This document shows positions 46,001 through 53,743 of a stretch of DNA of 64,000 bases, piece after piece. Origin of the DNA: Dehalococcoidia bacterium. Its GTDB lineage: Bacteria > Chloroflexota > Dehalococcoidia > Lucifugimonadales > UBA2985. The notes beneath the pieces are model-generated. The model saw only the letters and a list, made by a program, of their open reading frames with translations, had not been told where the DNA came from and did no database searches. A program made the translations under genes and the position numbers. The stretch lies in contig CBDCTU010000002.1 in assembly GCA_965222415.1 (NCBI GenBank), positions 260,663 through 324,662 on the forward strand, given 5' to 3'. Position 1 is the first letter of the stretch. Every line of letters begins with the position of its first letter.

Positions 46001-48144
46001 GACGACGAGCCAAAGCTGACAAGGATGGGACATGGGTCATCGTCGGTGATGGTGAGCGTGGAGGTGGATGGTGAACCCGCGATTACCCCCGCCGGCAGGG
46101 TGCTGAAGCCGAGACTCACCGTCTCGTTGTTGCAGTCCGGGTCCTGTGCAGAGTAGGTGAAGGTTCGAGACGTGCTGGTGCTGCTGAAGGTGACCGTCCG
46201 ATTGGTTCCTGGGTTCACTGTGACGGGTATACTCAAGGACCGGCCCGGCGCCTCGCTGAGGAGTACGGTAATCGTAACGCTGCTCCCCTCGTTCCCAGAA
46301 TAGGACGACGAGCCGAACCTGACGCATATGTCGTCGGTGACGTTGATTGTCGAGGTGGATGGCGAACCCTTGACCACCCCCGTCGGCAGGGTGCCGAATC
46401 CGAGACTCACCGTCTCGTTGTTACAATCCGGGTCCTGTGCAGAGTAGGAGAAGGTTTCAGACGTGCTGGTGCTGCTGAAGGTAACCGTCCGGTTGGTCCC
46501 TGGGTTCACTGTGACCGGTATACTAAGGGATTGGCCCGGCGCCTCGCTGAGGAGTACGGTAATCGTAACACTGCTCCCCTCGTTCACCGAGTAGTACGAC
46601 GAGCCGAAGCTGACAAGGATGGGACATGGGTCATCGTCGGTGACGTTGATTGTCGAGGTGGATGGCGAACCTCTGGTCACGCCCGACGGCAGGTCGTCGA
46701 AGCTCAGGTCGACAATTTCGTCTACGCAGTCAGCGTCGTGGCCAAGGCTCAATCTTAGCGTCTCAGACGTGTCTCCACTGTCGAACGTGACACGCTGGTT
46801 TGTTCCGGGAGTAACGGTAATCGGTATGGTCACGTCCCCGGACAAGGCGCCGCTCAAGAGCACTCCAATGTCGACGTACGATCCCTCACGTCCTGTGTAA
46901 TTGTCAGGGCTGAAGGAAACTGTAACGACCGGCGTGGGCGTAGGCGTAGGCGTGGGCTGACAGTCTGGGCCAGGGGTTGTTGCGGACACTTCACTGGAGT
47001 AGGGACCCCACTCGGTAGCATATCGCGGCCCAACTCCGCGGGGAGTTATCGAGCCGTCTCCCCTGGCACCGACCCTGTAGGTATAGGTGGTGTCGCACGA
47101 TAGTCCGGTGTCAGTGTAGCTGTCGCTGCTGCCGGGGATGGCTGTCCTTATTGTTCTCCATGACCCTCCCCCTGACTTCCGCTGAATTCTAAAGTGGCTG
47201 ACTCTATCCATGGAGTTCCAACTGACTGTGATACTGGTATCACTGTCGGCCTCGGCCGTTACCCCCTCTGGCTCCGGCGGCGGGCACGGCCCTGTCTTTG
47301 CGTTATCTTGATCTGAAAGGGCACCCCATCCCGCCGACGCGTCTGTGCCATTGCCATACGCCTTGACCTGGAAGTAGTATGTGGTAGCGCAGGTGAGATC
47401 TGGCACTGTGTAGGATGTGCCTGAGACTTCAGTGTCGTCCCAGGGGCCTGAAGAGCTTTTGCTCCACTGGATTTCATACTTGGCTGCACCTGGCACCTTC
47501 TTCCAACTGACGTTAACGGTGGTCTGGCTGGTGGGTATGGCGGTGACGCGGGTAGGCTTTGAGGGCAACATGGGCGTAGGCGTGTTGGTAGGCGGGTCAC
47601 AACATGGTGGTTCCGTGGGTGGGACCGTGGGTGGGACCGTGGGTGGGACCGTAGGTGGGACCGTAGGTGGGACCGTAGGTGGGACCGTGGGTGGGACCGT
47701 AGGTGGAACCGTGGGTGGGACCGTAGGCTCCGGTGTAGGGTCGTCACAGCCGGGGTCGGGGCGTTGGGGATGGCATTGGATCGTGGGCTCAGGCGTAGGC
47801 GGTTCCGTAGGCACCGGTGTAGGGTCATCACATACCTCGTCATTTGGGTCGCAATTGTCTGGTGGTGGAGGCGGGTCTGTCGGCTCGGGCGTAGGCGTGT
47901 AACATATTTCTGGTTCTTCATCACATTCATTATAATTAGGGACAACGGAACCGCCGCCCTTATCTTGACCTGAGCCTTCGCCTTCGCTGGAAGACAGGTC
48001 CTCCTCCTGCGGAGGGGGCGTAGGGACCGGTTCCGGCGTGGGCTCTTGGCCATGAGCCACTGCCACAGTGATGAGGGCAAGGAGAATCGCTATGCCAACT
48101 ATGAAGTGAAGCCTGAATGTCGCTTTAGACGCCATACTATTCAT
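43009..48144 (-). CDS. Giant secreted protein: signal peptide, Pro/Thr linker, FN3 domains, 7 Calx-beta-like repeats, C-terminal HEXXH (metzincin-like) domain
   Basis: The signal peptide is FIVGIAILLALITVAVAHG. A (PTVP)n linker follows. FN3 units carry KYEIQW/FRIQR motifs. There are seven ~100-aa units (VSFGSSSYSVNEGSSVTITV.LSEAPG.SLSIPVTV...DC..ETV.LGF). HEAGHALGL lies at 43213-43227, followed by AVMNY. Confidence 0.85.
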   Translation of the reverse strand: MNSMASKATFRLHFIVGIAILLALITVAVAHGQEPTPEPVPTPPPQEEDLSSSEGEGSGQDKGGGSVVPNYNECDEEPEICYTPTPEPTDPPPPPDNCDPNDEVCDDPTPVPTEPPTPEPTIQCHPQRPDPGCDDPTPEPTVPPTVPPTVPPTVPPTVPPTVPPTVPPTVPPTVPPTEPPCCDPPTNTPTPMLPSKPTRVTAIPTSQTTVNVSWKKVPGAAKYEIQWSKSSSGPWDDTEVSGTSYTVPDLTCATTYYFQVKAYGNGTDASAGWGALSDQDNAKTGPCPPPEPEGVTAEADSDTSITVSWNSMDRVSHFRIQRKSGGGSWRTIRTAIPGSSDSYTDTGLSCDTTYTYRVGARGDGSITPRGVGPRYATEWGPYSSEVSATTPGPDCQPTPTPTPTPVVTVSFSPDNYTGREGSYVDIGVLLSGALSGDVTIPITVTPGTNQRVTFDSGDTSETLRLSLGHDADCVDEIVDLSFDDLPSGVTRGSPSTSTINVTDDDPCPILVSFGSSYYSVNEGSSVTITVLLSEAPGQSLSIPVTVNPGTNRTVTFSSTSTSETFSYSAQDPDCNNETVSLGFGTLPTGVVKGSPSTSTINVTDDICVRFGSSSYSGNEGSSVTITVLLSEAPGRSLSIPVTVNPGTNRTVTFSSTSTSRTFTYSAQDPDCNNETVSLGFSTLPAGVIAGSPSTSTLTITDDDPCPILVSFGSSSYSVNEGSSVTITVLLSEAPGRSLSIPVTVNPGTNRTVTFSSTSTSRTFTYSAPQDNDCNNETVSLGFSTLPAGVIAGSPSTSTLTITDDDPCPILVSFGSSSYSVNEGSSVTITVRLSEAPGRSLSIPVTVNPGTNRTVTFSSTSTSRTFTYSAPQDNDCNNETVSLGFGTLPTRVGTGLPSTSTINVTDDDICVSFGSSSYSVNEGNSVTITVRLSKAPGRSLSIPVTVNPGTNRTVTFSSTSTSGTFSYSAQDPDCNNETVSLGFGTLPTGVVKGSPSTSTINVTDDICVSFGSSSYSVNEGSARTISVGLSRSTSQTLTIPVTLSNGTAESADYSVSGLPSGNLTFSPGTTSLDFSITSKQDSDCYVETVNLGFGTLPAGVIAGSPSTSRLTITDDDSCPVLPPATPTGLNNTTGDGTITLTWDRADHATGYKVYQWNGIVWVLGTPQGQYPVTISGLSATISGLTNGVAYSHRVTSTNVSGESSPARWDTNLPLAAPTSFDVTPMPLRKAELSWGAVSGPGSIIYDVQVSENLSGPWREVKTGTSDNSYEINLDAIIGSKGLADPTSFVFQVRARQASTSDFDSSYSSSVRLIDNPLLLDGGSAYGSGSNEATLQWQRISGVNEYVIKYRMLGERTLQGALGTKYPHWHERWPEDASWPYYQSEMEQRLSQRGTTTITEPIPGLQTGEIYAFRVSYTTASGEEVFSARDAFVWPSGEVPSRRVGTYPFFGYWDGGRYDYTICAGTFDDSDSPSYDESSEWVDLIEHAFEQWEEAVPDRVTVTHVPGSCTSDGVPIDNAVPVTLVTALFNGNNEVYMVDTSDWTDRILPFVHHNWLFACVQGAPIIREGTACVISTRYTDSRQEISVLDDGSVDILVNAIRQSRDKDIPGGDVHVHDSDTHFNTCRGQTDNFSYRNYRMMVHEAGHALGLSGYVPVRSWVSNLPSHPTIPDAVMNYDTLLSQAIVPEGFNEPDCSPHPFDIMAIQALYQLVIP
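44790..46915. repeat. Tandem ~294-306-bp coding repeats (Calx-beta-like units), some nearly identical
   Basis: Shadow ORFs starting at 45727 and 46033 translate to an identical 69-aa string. That means at least 207 bp is identical at a 306-bp offset. A third related unit starts at 46327. Confidence 0.85.
47609..47728. repeat. 12-bp coding minisatellite, about 9-10 units (GGGACCGT(G/A)GGT), encoding (PTVP)n
   Basis: Read directly on the plus strand. The protein shows PTVPPTVPPTVPP... repeated. Confidence 0.9.
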
Positions 48145-48554
48145 TTCCGGATCTCCGCACGGAAAGTGGCAGCCTTAGATTCCACTTGTCTTCTCTTTCT
48201 TGCTACCCATGGTAAACACTAGAGACTCTACATCGTGTTTGTAAGTGCCTAATCACACTTCTTGAGAGCCAATTTGTTTGCTCTGGGAGAGTGTGTTTTT
48301 GCAATGCGGCAGGTATAAAGTGCTATTGCGGACACAAACAATAGTGGCTAGATTAGTAGCAATGTATCCACGGCCGTGACCACCAGACACGCCACGTGCT
48401 CACGCGCATTCCGGAGAGAAGAGTTGTCTCGGGCGCCTCGCCAGAGCCCGGGCCTTCATCCAATCAGGGCCGTCGCCAGCGTCTTTCGGATGAGTGACTC
48501 GGCGCTCATCCGGCTCGACCCGGACGTGGTCCAGTAAGCCGCAAGAGTTTCGGT

Positions 48555-49135
48555 CTGGGGCCGCTGGTTCATCTCGGTTGTCGCCCTGTTCCAGTTTGCC
48601 TACCGGCCGCTCTTCTGGTTTCCCGACAACATCGGACCCAACAACGTCGAATACGCGCTGCTGCTTGTGCTGCTCGTGACGCTCAATGGCCTGGTCCACT
48701 ACCGGCTCATGACGAACAGGCCTGTTACGTGGCGCTGGTCATGGCGGACGGGCGGCGCATCATCCAGGTGCTGAACAACCTCCTAACCAACGCGGCCTGG
48801 AACTCTCACGAGGCGTCCGCCATCGGGGTGTCCGCCGTGCGAGAGGGCTACCACGTGGCCGTCTCCGTCACGGACGAGGGCAGAGGGATAGCCGCCGAGC
48901 GGCTGCCGCACCTGTTTCGGAAGTTCTCCCGGCTGGAAGGCGAGGACCGAAGACGGGACATCGCGGGGTCGGGCCTGGGTCTCGCCATCTGCAAAAGGAT
49001 AGTGGAGACCCACGGCGGTCGGATATGGGCCGAGAGCGACAGGCCGGGCCTGGGGGCGCGGTTCACCTTCACGATTCCGGTGGCTGGGGATGCCGCAGCC
49101 GGCGTTCCCCGGCTCTCCGACCGCTCCCGGCGGTC
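48555..49135 (+). pseudogene. Sensor histidine kinase remnant (TM segment fused to HATPase_c; DHp/H-box missing)
   Basis: One frame gives FISVVALFQFAYRPLFWFPDN...LLLVLLVTLNGLVHY (membrane part). Another gives ADGRRIIQVLNNLLTNA...DEGRGI...GSGLGLAICKRIVETHGGRIW (N, G1 and G2 boxes). No H-box lies between them. Confidence 0.6.
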
Positions 49136-49805
49136 GGAGAGGGAGCGGACGCGGATTCTCTGCGTGGACGACGACCCGCAGACGCTCAGGTATGTCCGGG
49201 ACGCGCTCGCCAGGGCGGGCTACGCCCCGATTGTGACCGGTGACCCGCAGGAGGCGACGAGCCTCGTGGAGGCGAACGACCCCCACCTGGTGCTGCTGGA
49301 CCTGATGTGCCGGGGACCGACGGAATCGAGCTGATGGGGGACATCCTGGATATGGCCGAGATATGGCCGACGTTCCGGTGACCTTTCTGTCCGCCTACAG
49401 CCAAGACGAGATTATCGCCAGGGCCTTCGACAATGGGGCCGCCGACTACGTGGTCAAGCCCTTCTCACCGACTGAGCTTGTGGCGAGGATCAGGGCGGCC
49501 CTGCGCAAGCGGGAAGCGCCCGAATGGGCCGAGCCGTCGGAACCCTACGTGTTTGGAGACCTGACCATCGACTACGCCGAGCGTCGCGTGACGATGGGCG
49601 GGCGTCCCGTGCATCTGACCGCCATCGAGTACGGGCCACTCTTCGAGCTATCGGCCAACGCCGGCCGCGTGATGACCTACGACCGGCTGCTGCAACGCCG
49701 CGACAAGCTGGGCGACGACGCCAGCAACTCGCCTACATCCTCAACGAGCCCCGCGTCGGCTATCGGATGCCAAGGGGGGAGACGCCGGGAGCAGAGGAAT
49801 CGTGA
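49136..49805 (+). pseudogene. OmpR-family response regulator, multiply frameshifted
   Basis: RILCVDDDPQTLRYVRDAL..HLVLLDLM, then a 1-nt loss (~49306). GIELMGDILDMA is followed by the 11-bp duplication. Next come DVPVTFLSAYSQDEIIARAFDNGAADYVVKPFSPTELVARI and the winged helix LTAIEYGPLFELS.. The final YILNEPRVGYRMPRGE* is in another frame, with its stop at 49803-49805. Confidence 0.7.
49349..49370. repeat. Perfect 11-bp tandem duplication GATATGGCCGA x2
   Basis: Read directly: 49349-49359 equals 49360-49370. Removing one copy restores ..GDILDMADVPVTFLSAY. Confidence 0.97.
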
Positions 49806-50021
49806 GTGCCGAGCCTGTGTCCTCTCCGTTCGTGGCACGCCTCGCCCGACGGGTCGGGGTGGGGCCCCTAACTACATCGCCAGCTTGAACCTCAAGGTGA
49901 AGGTTTTAGACTCTGTCCAGGATGGTGGGCTTTCAAGAGGCGGCACTCTTGAGTCTATTTTGTGTACGTGGCTGTCATAGGGAATGAGACTGTGACCTTA
50001 CCCCGTTATTAGTATCAGAGG

Positions 50022-50100
50022 CTAGTAGAGTGCAGCTACCGCTTCAGCATACTCCTTCGGCGACCTGCCGTTCAACGAGCTGTGGGGTCTGACCTCATTG
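50022..50100 (-). pseudogene. C-terminal scrap of an rve-type transposase
   Basis: The minus strand reads NEVRPHSSLNGRSPKEYAEAVAALY*, with its stop at 50022-50024. It abuts and overlaps the stop of the restriction-modification gene. Confidence 0.5.
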
Positions 50101-53100
50101 TAGTCCTGTCGCCACCAGCCCCAAAATGCCGGCTATCCGCCGGGCGGTGTCCGTGAGGTCCTGCACCTCCTCAGGTCGCAGCGCCCTGCCCAATACGCCG
50201 CGCTCTCGGTAGGAGAGCCACTTCTTGAGCACCTGGTACCCGCCCAGCTTGTAGCTCCAGACCGCCGACGGGACGTTCCGCCAGTAGGCGCGGTCGTTGA
50301 GGTGGATGTCGAAGGTGGTATCGCCGAGGGCGTTTTCCGCGCTGCCCAGGGCGGCGCGCTCCTCAGATGTGTACGGGCGCTCGACGACGCGCCCCTGGCC
50401 TGGCATGACGGCCTCTCCCTGCCCGAAGTGCCCCCAGCCAGCCGTCACCGAGAAGTCGTCTCCGGCCATGTTGCCGCCGTCCGTGGTTGTCGGCACGGCA
50501 ACCGACGCAATCTCCGGCCGCAGCGCGCCCGTCGTGACGCCGGGTACGGGCGTCTCCGAGTCAAGCAGCGCGGCAAGTTCCCGTCCCCTGGAGGCCGAGG
50601 CCTTCAGCTCCTCCGCCGCTCCGGTGGCGTCGCCGTCCGGCCAGCCCGGCAGCGGAATGCGAGGCCACTCCATCCTGAGGGCGCCGGCGTTGGCCTCCCG
50701 GTAGGAGGGGTCATGCAGCACGGACAGGACGTGATGGAATAGGTCCTCCACGCCCAGGCCAAGGCGGTCCAGGTAGCCTTGGGCCGCGTCCGACAGGTTG
50801 GGACGTCGCTGCTCTCCGCCGCCGTCAAGTGCCATGCCCTCTTCATGGAGCCAGGCCGGAATACAAGTGGCACCTCTATCTATCAAGTCCAGGCAACCCA
50901 GGCTGGAGATAACCTGCGGAGGAGACCATTCTCTACGTGGTTTATGCTGTGCGACCATCCAAAGATTATTCTCGAATAGGTGCGGTTTGTAGTCTGGAAC
51001 TGGACGACCAAGCAGACCGTGTCCTGTTTCCCAATATAGCCATCTTGTATCAAACGGTCTGTAGGAATGTCGGACAAAGTTGTCATCAATCGGGCCACCA
51101 CGGGTGAGCAATGAGTTCCTCACCTTCTGAGCATCGGATACCACAAACCCCGATGAGCTCTTCATTGCGGAAGGGTACTTCGTTTCCACCTCAGTGCTAC
51201 TGACGGAGGGATCGAAGTATTCGCCCACCCTGGCCTTGAGTTTGTTGAGTTCTATGTCAATAAGAAACGCATCTCGTTTGCTCTGTACCCCTGGAAAAGA
51301 TACGGGAAACAAGTCCGGCAGCGCAGGCCAGGCAGACCATCCACCGCTGACCGCAACCGGGGTAAAGGGCAAACCCAGCGGTAAGCTCGGCTCAACGTTG
51401 CCATACAGAGTATTCGAACCCGTTTCGGCAGTCGCCGTCAAGTCGGAGAGCTTGGCCTGTCCCCACAGATGGCGGAAGCCGACTTCCTTGGCGGGTTGGT
51501 GGTCGGCTTTGCGCACAAGGGTCGTAATCGCCGTACCCACCTGGATGCCCACCGGATCGCCTAGCGTGGAGAAGATGCTTGGGTCGGGCGCGCCATCGGG
51601 AGTCGTCTTACCGGTCTTGTACTTGTCGCCGTTGAGGTTGTCTATGCGGATAGAGTCAAAGGCCTCCAGGTAGCGCTCCCTCATGCCCGTGAAGGAGAGG
51701 CCGTCCAGCCAGGAGTAGTTGGAGATGAAGCAGACCACGCCCCGGCCCGTCTTCTCGGCAATGCGACGCTCCGCCATGCGGAAGAAACGCACGTACAGGT
51801 CGTTCAGCCCCTGGCCCTCCGGTCTCCGCACCCGCCTGGTGGTCCGATAGGCCGTGGAGAGCTCCCGCTCCTCATCGACAGCCATCCCCGCAAAGCCGTT
51901 GTAGGGCGGATTGCCCAGGATGACCAGGACCGGCGTCTCCTGCTTCACCCTATCGGCGCGGTCGCGCTCCTCCTCCAGCTCCGGGAATGGCAGCGGCTTC
52001 TGCACGCTTGGCTCCCAGCCGGTGAGGGCGTTGGTGAGGTACACCCCGGCCCGCTCCGTCTCGTCATCGGACAGGGGGGCGTCCAGCGCCTGCATTGTCA
52101 GGCCAACCTGCAGATGGGAGACGACGAATGGCGCAGGCATGATCTCGAACCCGAACACCCTTTGAGTGGCCGCCCTCTTCACCTGCGCTCCGGTGAGTGC
52201 GCCGAGGCCCTTGCCCTGGAGGTTGGCGGCGATGCGACGCAGCACCTCGGCGAGGTACGTCCCCGTGCCGCAGCATGGGTCGAGGACGTATACGTTCTCA
52301 GCGGCCAGGCCGTCGGCGATGCCCAGGTCCTCCTTCAACGCCATGTCCACGCGGGCGACCATGTAGCGCGCCACCTCGGCGGGCGTGTACCAGACGCCCA
52401 GCTGCTTGCGAAGGTCGGGGTCGAAGGCCTCAAGGAACGGCTCGTAGAAGTAGGGCACGGCCTCGCCTGCGTCGAAGCGGTCGAAGAAGGCCGCGCGGTC
52501 GACCCGGTCCAGGGCCGCCGACGTCCAGTCCAACAGCTCGACTAGGCCCAGGGGCTGAAGCTGTGCGGGTGAAGACAGCTGCTGGAAGAGGGCGCGCAGG
52601 ACGGGTGCTCTCAGGTGCCAGACGGAGGTGCGCCAGTCGAATGGTCCGGTGGGCGGCGGCGTCTGGCGGGCCCAGAGCACCCATGCGGAGAAGACGCCGT
52701 AGAAGAGGGTCTGCACCAGCGTAGAGCGGAAGAAGGCCGCGCCACGCTCGCCCTCGAAGCGCACGCCCAGCGCCTCCTCCAGGGCGGAGCGCACGGCATG
52801 AAGGGATGGCTCGTCGCCCGCGGCCTCTACCCTTGCCAGCCCGTCCCTGGCGTAGGAGGCCAGCAGCCAAGCCAGGTCCCTGGGTTCGACTATCGACGCG
52901 CTGTGGGAGAGCGCACGGCACAGGTACTCCCCCAGCCCCGCTCCCACGTCGCTTGCGAACTTCCGCGGCTGCTCAAGCCGGGCGTGGAACGCCTGCTCCG
53001 ACTCTGCTACTCGGAAGGTCTCCAGCTTCACCGGGTTGCCCTGCCCGTCCTCCCCCACCAGCACGAAGTCGCGGGTGTTGGTGACCAGCACCAGCCTGTA

Positions 53101-53451
53101 GCGGCCCCAGTATCGGCTGACCTGGTCGCTGTCTGCGGTAAGCCAGGCGTCGTCGCCGGCGGGCTTGACCTCCACAACGCCCCGCTCAGGGACCTGGCCG
53201 GGGCGCGGCTTGCCCTTCTGCACCTGCTTCCTGGCGTACAAACCGAGGTCCGGGTGGCCCGCGCCCTGCTCGGCAAGCTCGCTTACGCAGAACACCTGGG
53301 GCTTGAGCGTGTTGCCTACGGCGTTCAGCAGGTTGGTCAGAGCCGGATAGTAAGATTTTTCCCCCGTTGCGCCGCCGGATGCTCGTATACTCCGTAGGTT
53401 GGCGAAGTACTCCTCGACTGCTGCGGTTAGCTTTGCTGTGGTTACTGGCAT
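50095..53451 (-). CDS. Single-polypeptide type IIG/IIL-like restriction-modification enzyme (N-terminal PD-(D/E)XK-like nuclease, gamma-class N6-adenine methyltransferase, C-terminal specificity region)
   Basis: GHPDLGLY...GVVEVKP is a D..EXK motif. VLDPCCGTGTYL is the SAM motif I. ILGNPPYNGF is motif IV (NPPY). The C-terminal WSYKLGGYQVLKKWLSYRE is what I recall from type ISP/IIG specificity domains. No helicase domain is present. Length is 1118 aa. Confidence 0.7.
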   Translation of the reverse strand: MPVTTAKLTAAVEEYFANLRSIRASGGATGEKSYYPALTNLLNAVGNTLKPQVFCVSELAEQGAGHPDLGLYARKQVQKGKPRPGQVPERGVVEVKPAGDDAWLTADSDQVSRYWGRYRLVLVTNTRDFVLVGEDGQGNPVKLETFRVAESEQAFHARLEQPRKFASDVGAGLGEYLCRALSHSASIVEPRDLAWLLASYARDGLARVEAAGDEPSLHAVRSALEEALGVRFEGERGAAFFRSTLVQTLFYGVFSAWVLWARQTPPPTGPFDWRTSVWHLRAPVLRALFQQLSSPAQLQPLGLVELLDWTSAALDRVDRAAFFDRFDAGEAVPYFYEPFLEAFDPDLRKQLGVWYTPAEVARYMVARVDMALKEDLGIADGLAAENVYVLDPCCGTGTYLAEVLRRIAANLQGKGLGALTGAQVKRAATQRVFGFEIMPAPFVVSHLQVGLTMQALDAPLSDDETERAGVYLTNALTGWEPSVQKPLPFPELEEERDRADRVKQETPVLVILGNPPYNGFAGMAVDEERELSTAYRTTRRVRRPEGQGLNDLYVRFFRMAERRIAEKTGRGVVCFISNYSWLDGLSFTGMRERYLEAFDSIRIDNLNGDKYKTGKTTPDGAPDPSIFSTLGDPVGIQVGTAITTLVRKADHQPAKEVGFRHLWGQAKLSDLTATAETGSNTLYGNVEPSLPLGLPFTPVAVSGGWSAWPALPDLFPVSFPGVQSKRDAFLIDIELNKLKARVGEYFDPSVSSTEVETKYPSAMKSSSGFVVSDAQKVRNSLLTRGGPIDDNFVRHSYRPFDTRWLYWETGHGLLGRPVPDYKPHLFENNLWMVAQHKPRREWSPPQVISSLGCLDLIDRGATCIPAWLHEEGMALDGGGEQRRPNLSDAAQGYLDRLGLGVEDLFHHVLSVLHDPSYREANAGALRMEWPRIPLPGWPDGDATGAAEELKASASRGRELAALLDSETPVPGVTTGALRPEIASVAVPTTTDGGNMAGDDFSVTAGWGHFGQGEAVMPGQGRVVERPYTSEERAALGSAENALGDTTFDIHLNDRAYWRNVPSAVWSYKLGGYQVLKKWLSYRERGVLGRALRPEEVQDLTDTARRIAGILGLVATGLQ

Positions 53452-53631
53452 AGACCTATTCTACGCCATAGTCGAGCGTGACAGAATCCCCGCGCTAGAC
53501 TCGCGTCAATCCATGCGAATGTTATTGACGGCGGGATTTGGACGGAGCGACAGCAGCAGGAAGATCTGGCAACGCAAGAGAATGGACTCGATCTGTCTCA
53601 AATGTCGGAGAGGTCCCGTAAACGGTCGTGA

Positions 53632-53666
53632 GGGGTGATGACACCGAATGTAGGTGTCATCACCCC
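53632..53666. other. Perfect 14-bp-stem hairpin at the left edge of module copy 2
   Basis: GGGGTGATGACACC-GAATGTA-GGTGTCATCACCCC lies 78 nt beyond the stop of 53744-54646. No T-tract flanks it on either strand. Confidence 0.9.
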
Positions 53667-53743
53667 GTCTTGCGCTCTACCGTCCGCGCCAATCACCCCC
53701 GTCTCATGATACTTCCCAAGGCCAAGCTCCTACTAGAAGAGGT

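Noticed and set aside
44790-47728. Regularly spaced repeats that could be mistaken for a CRISPR array.
   Set aside because: The repeats are 294-306-bp and 12-bp units that stay in frame inside one long ORF and encode protein domains. There are no short repeat/spacer alternations and no cas genes anywhere in the window.
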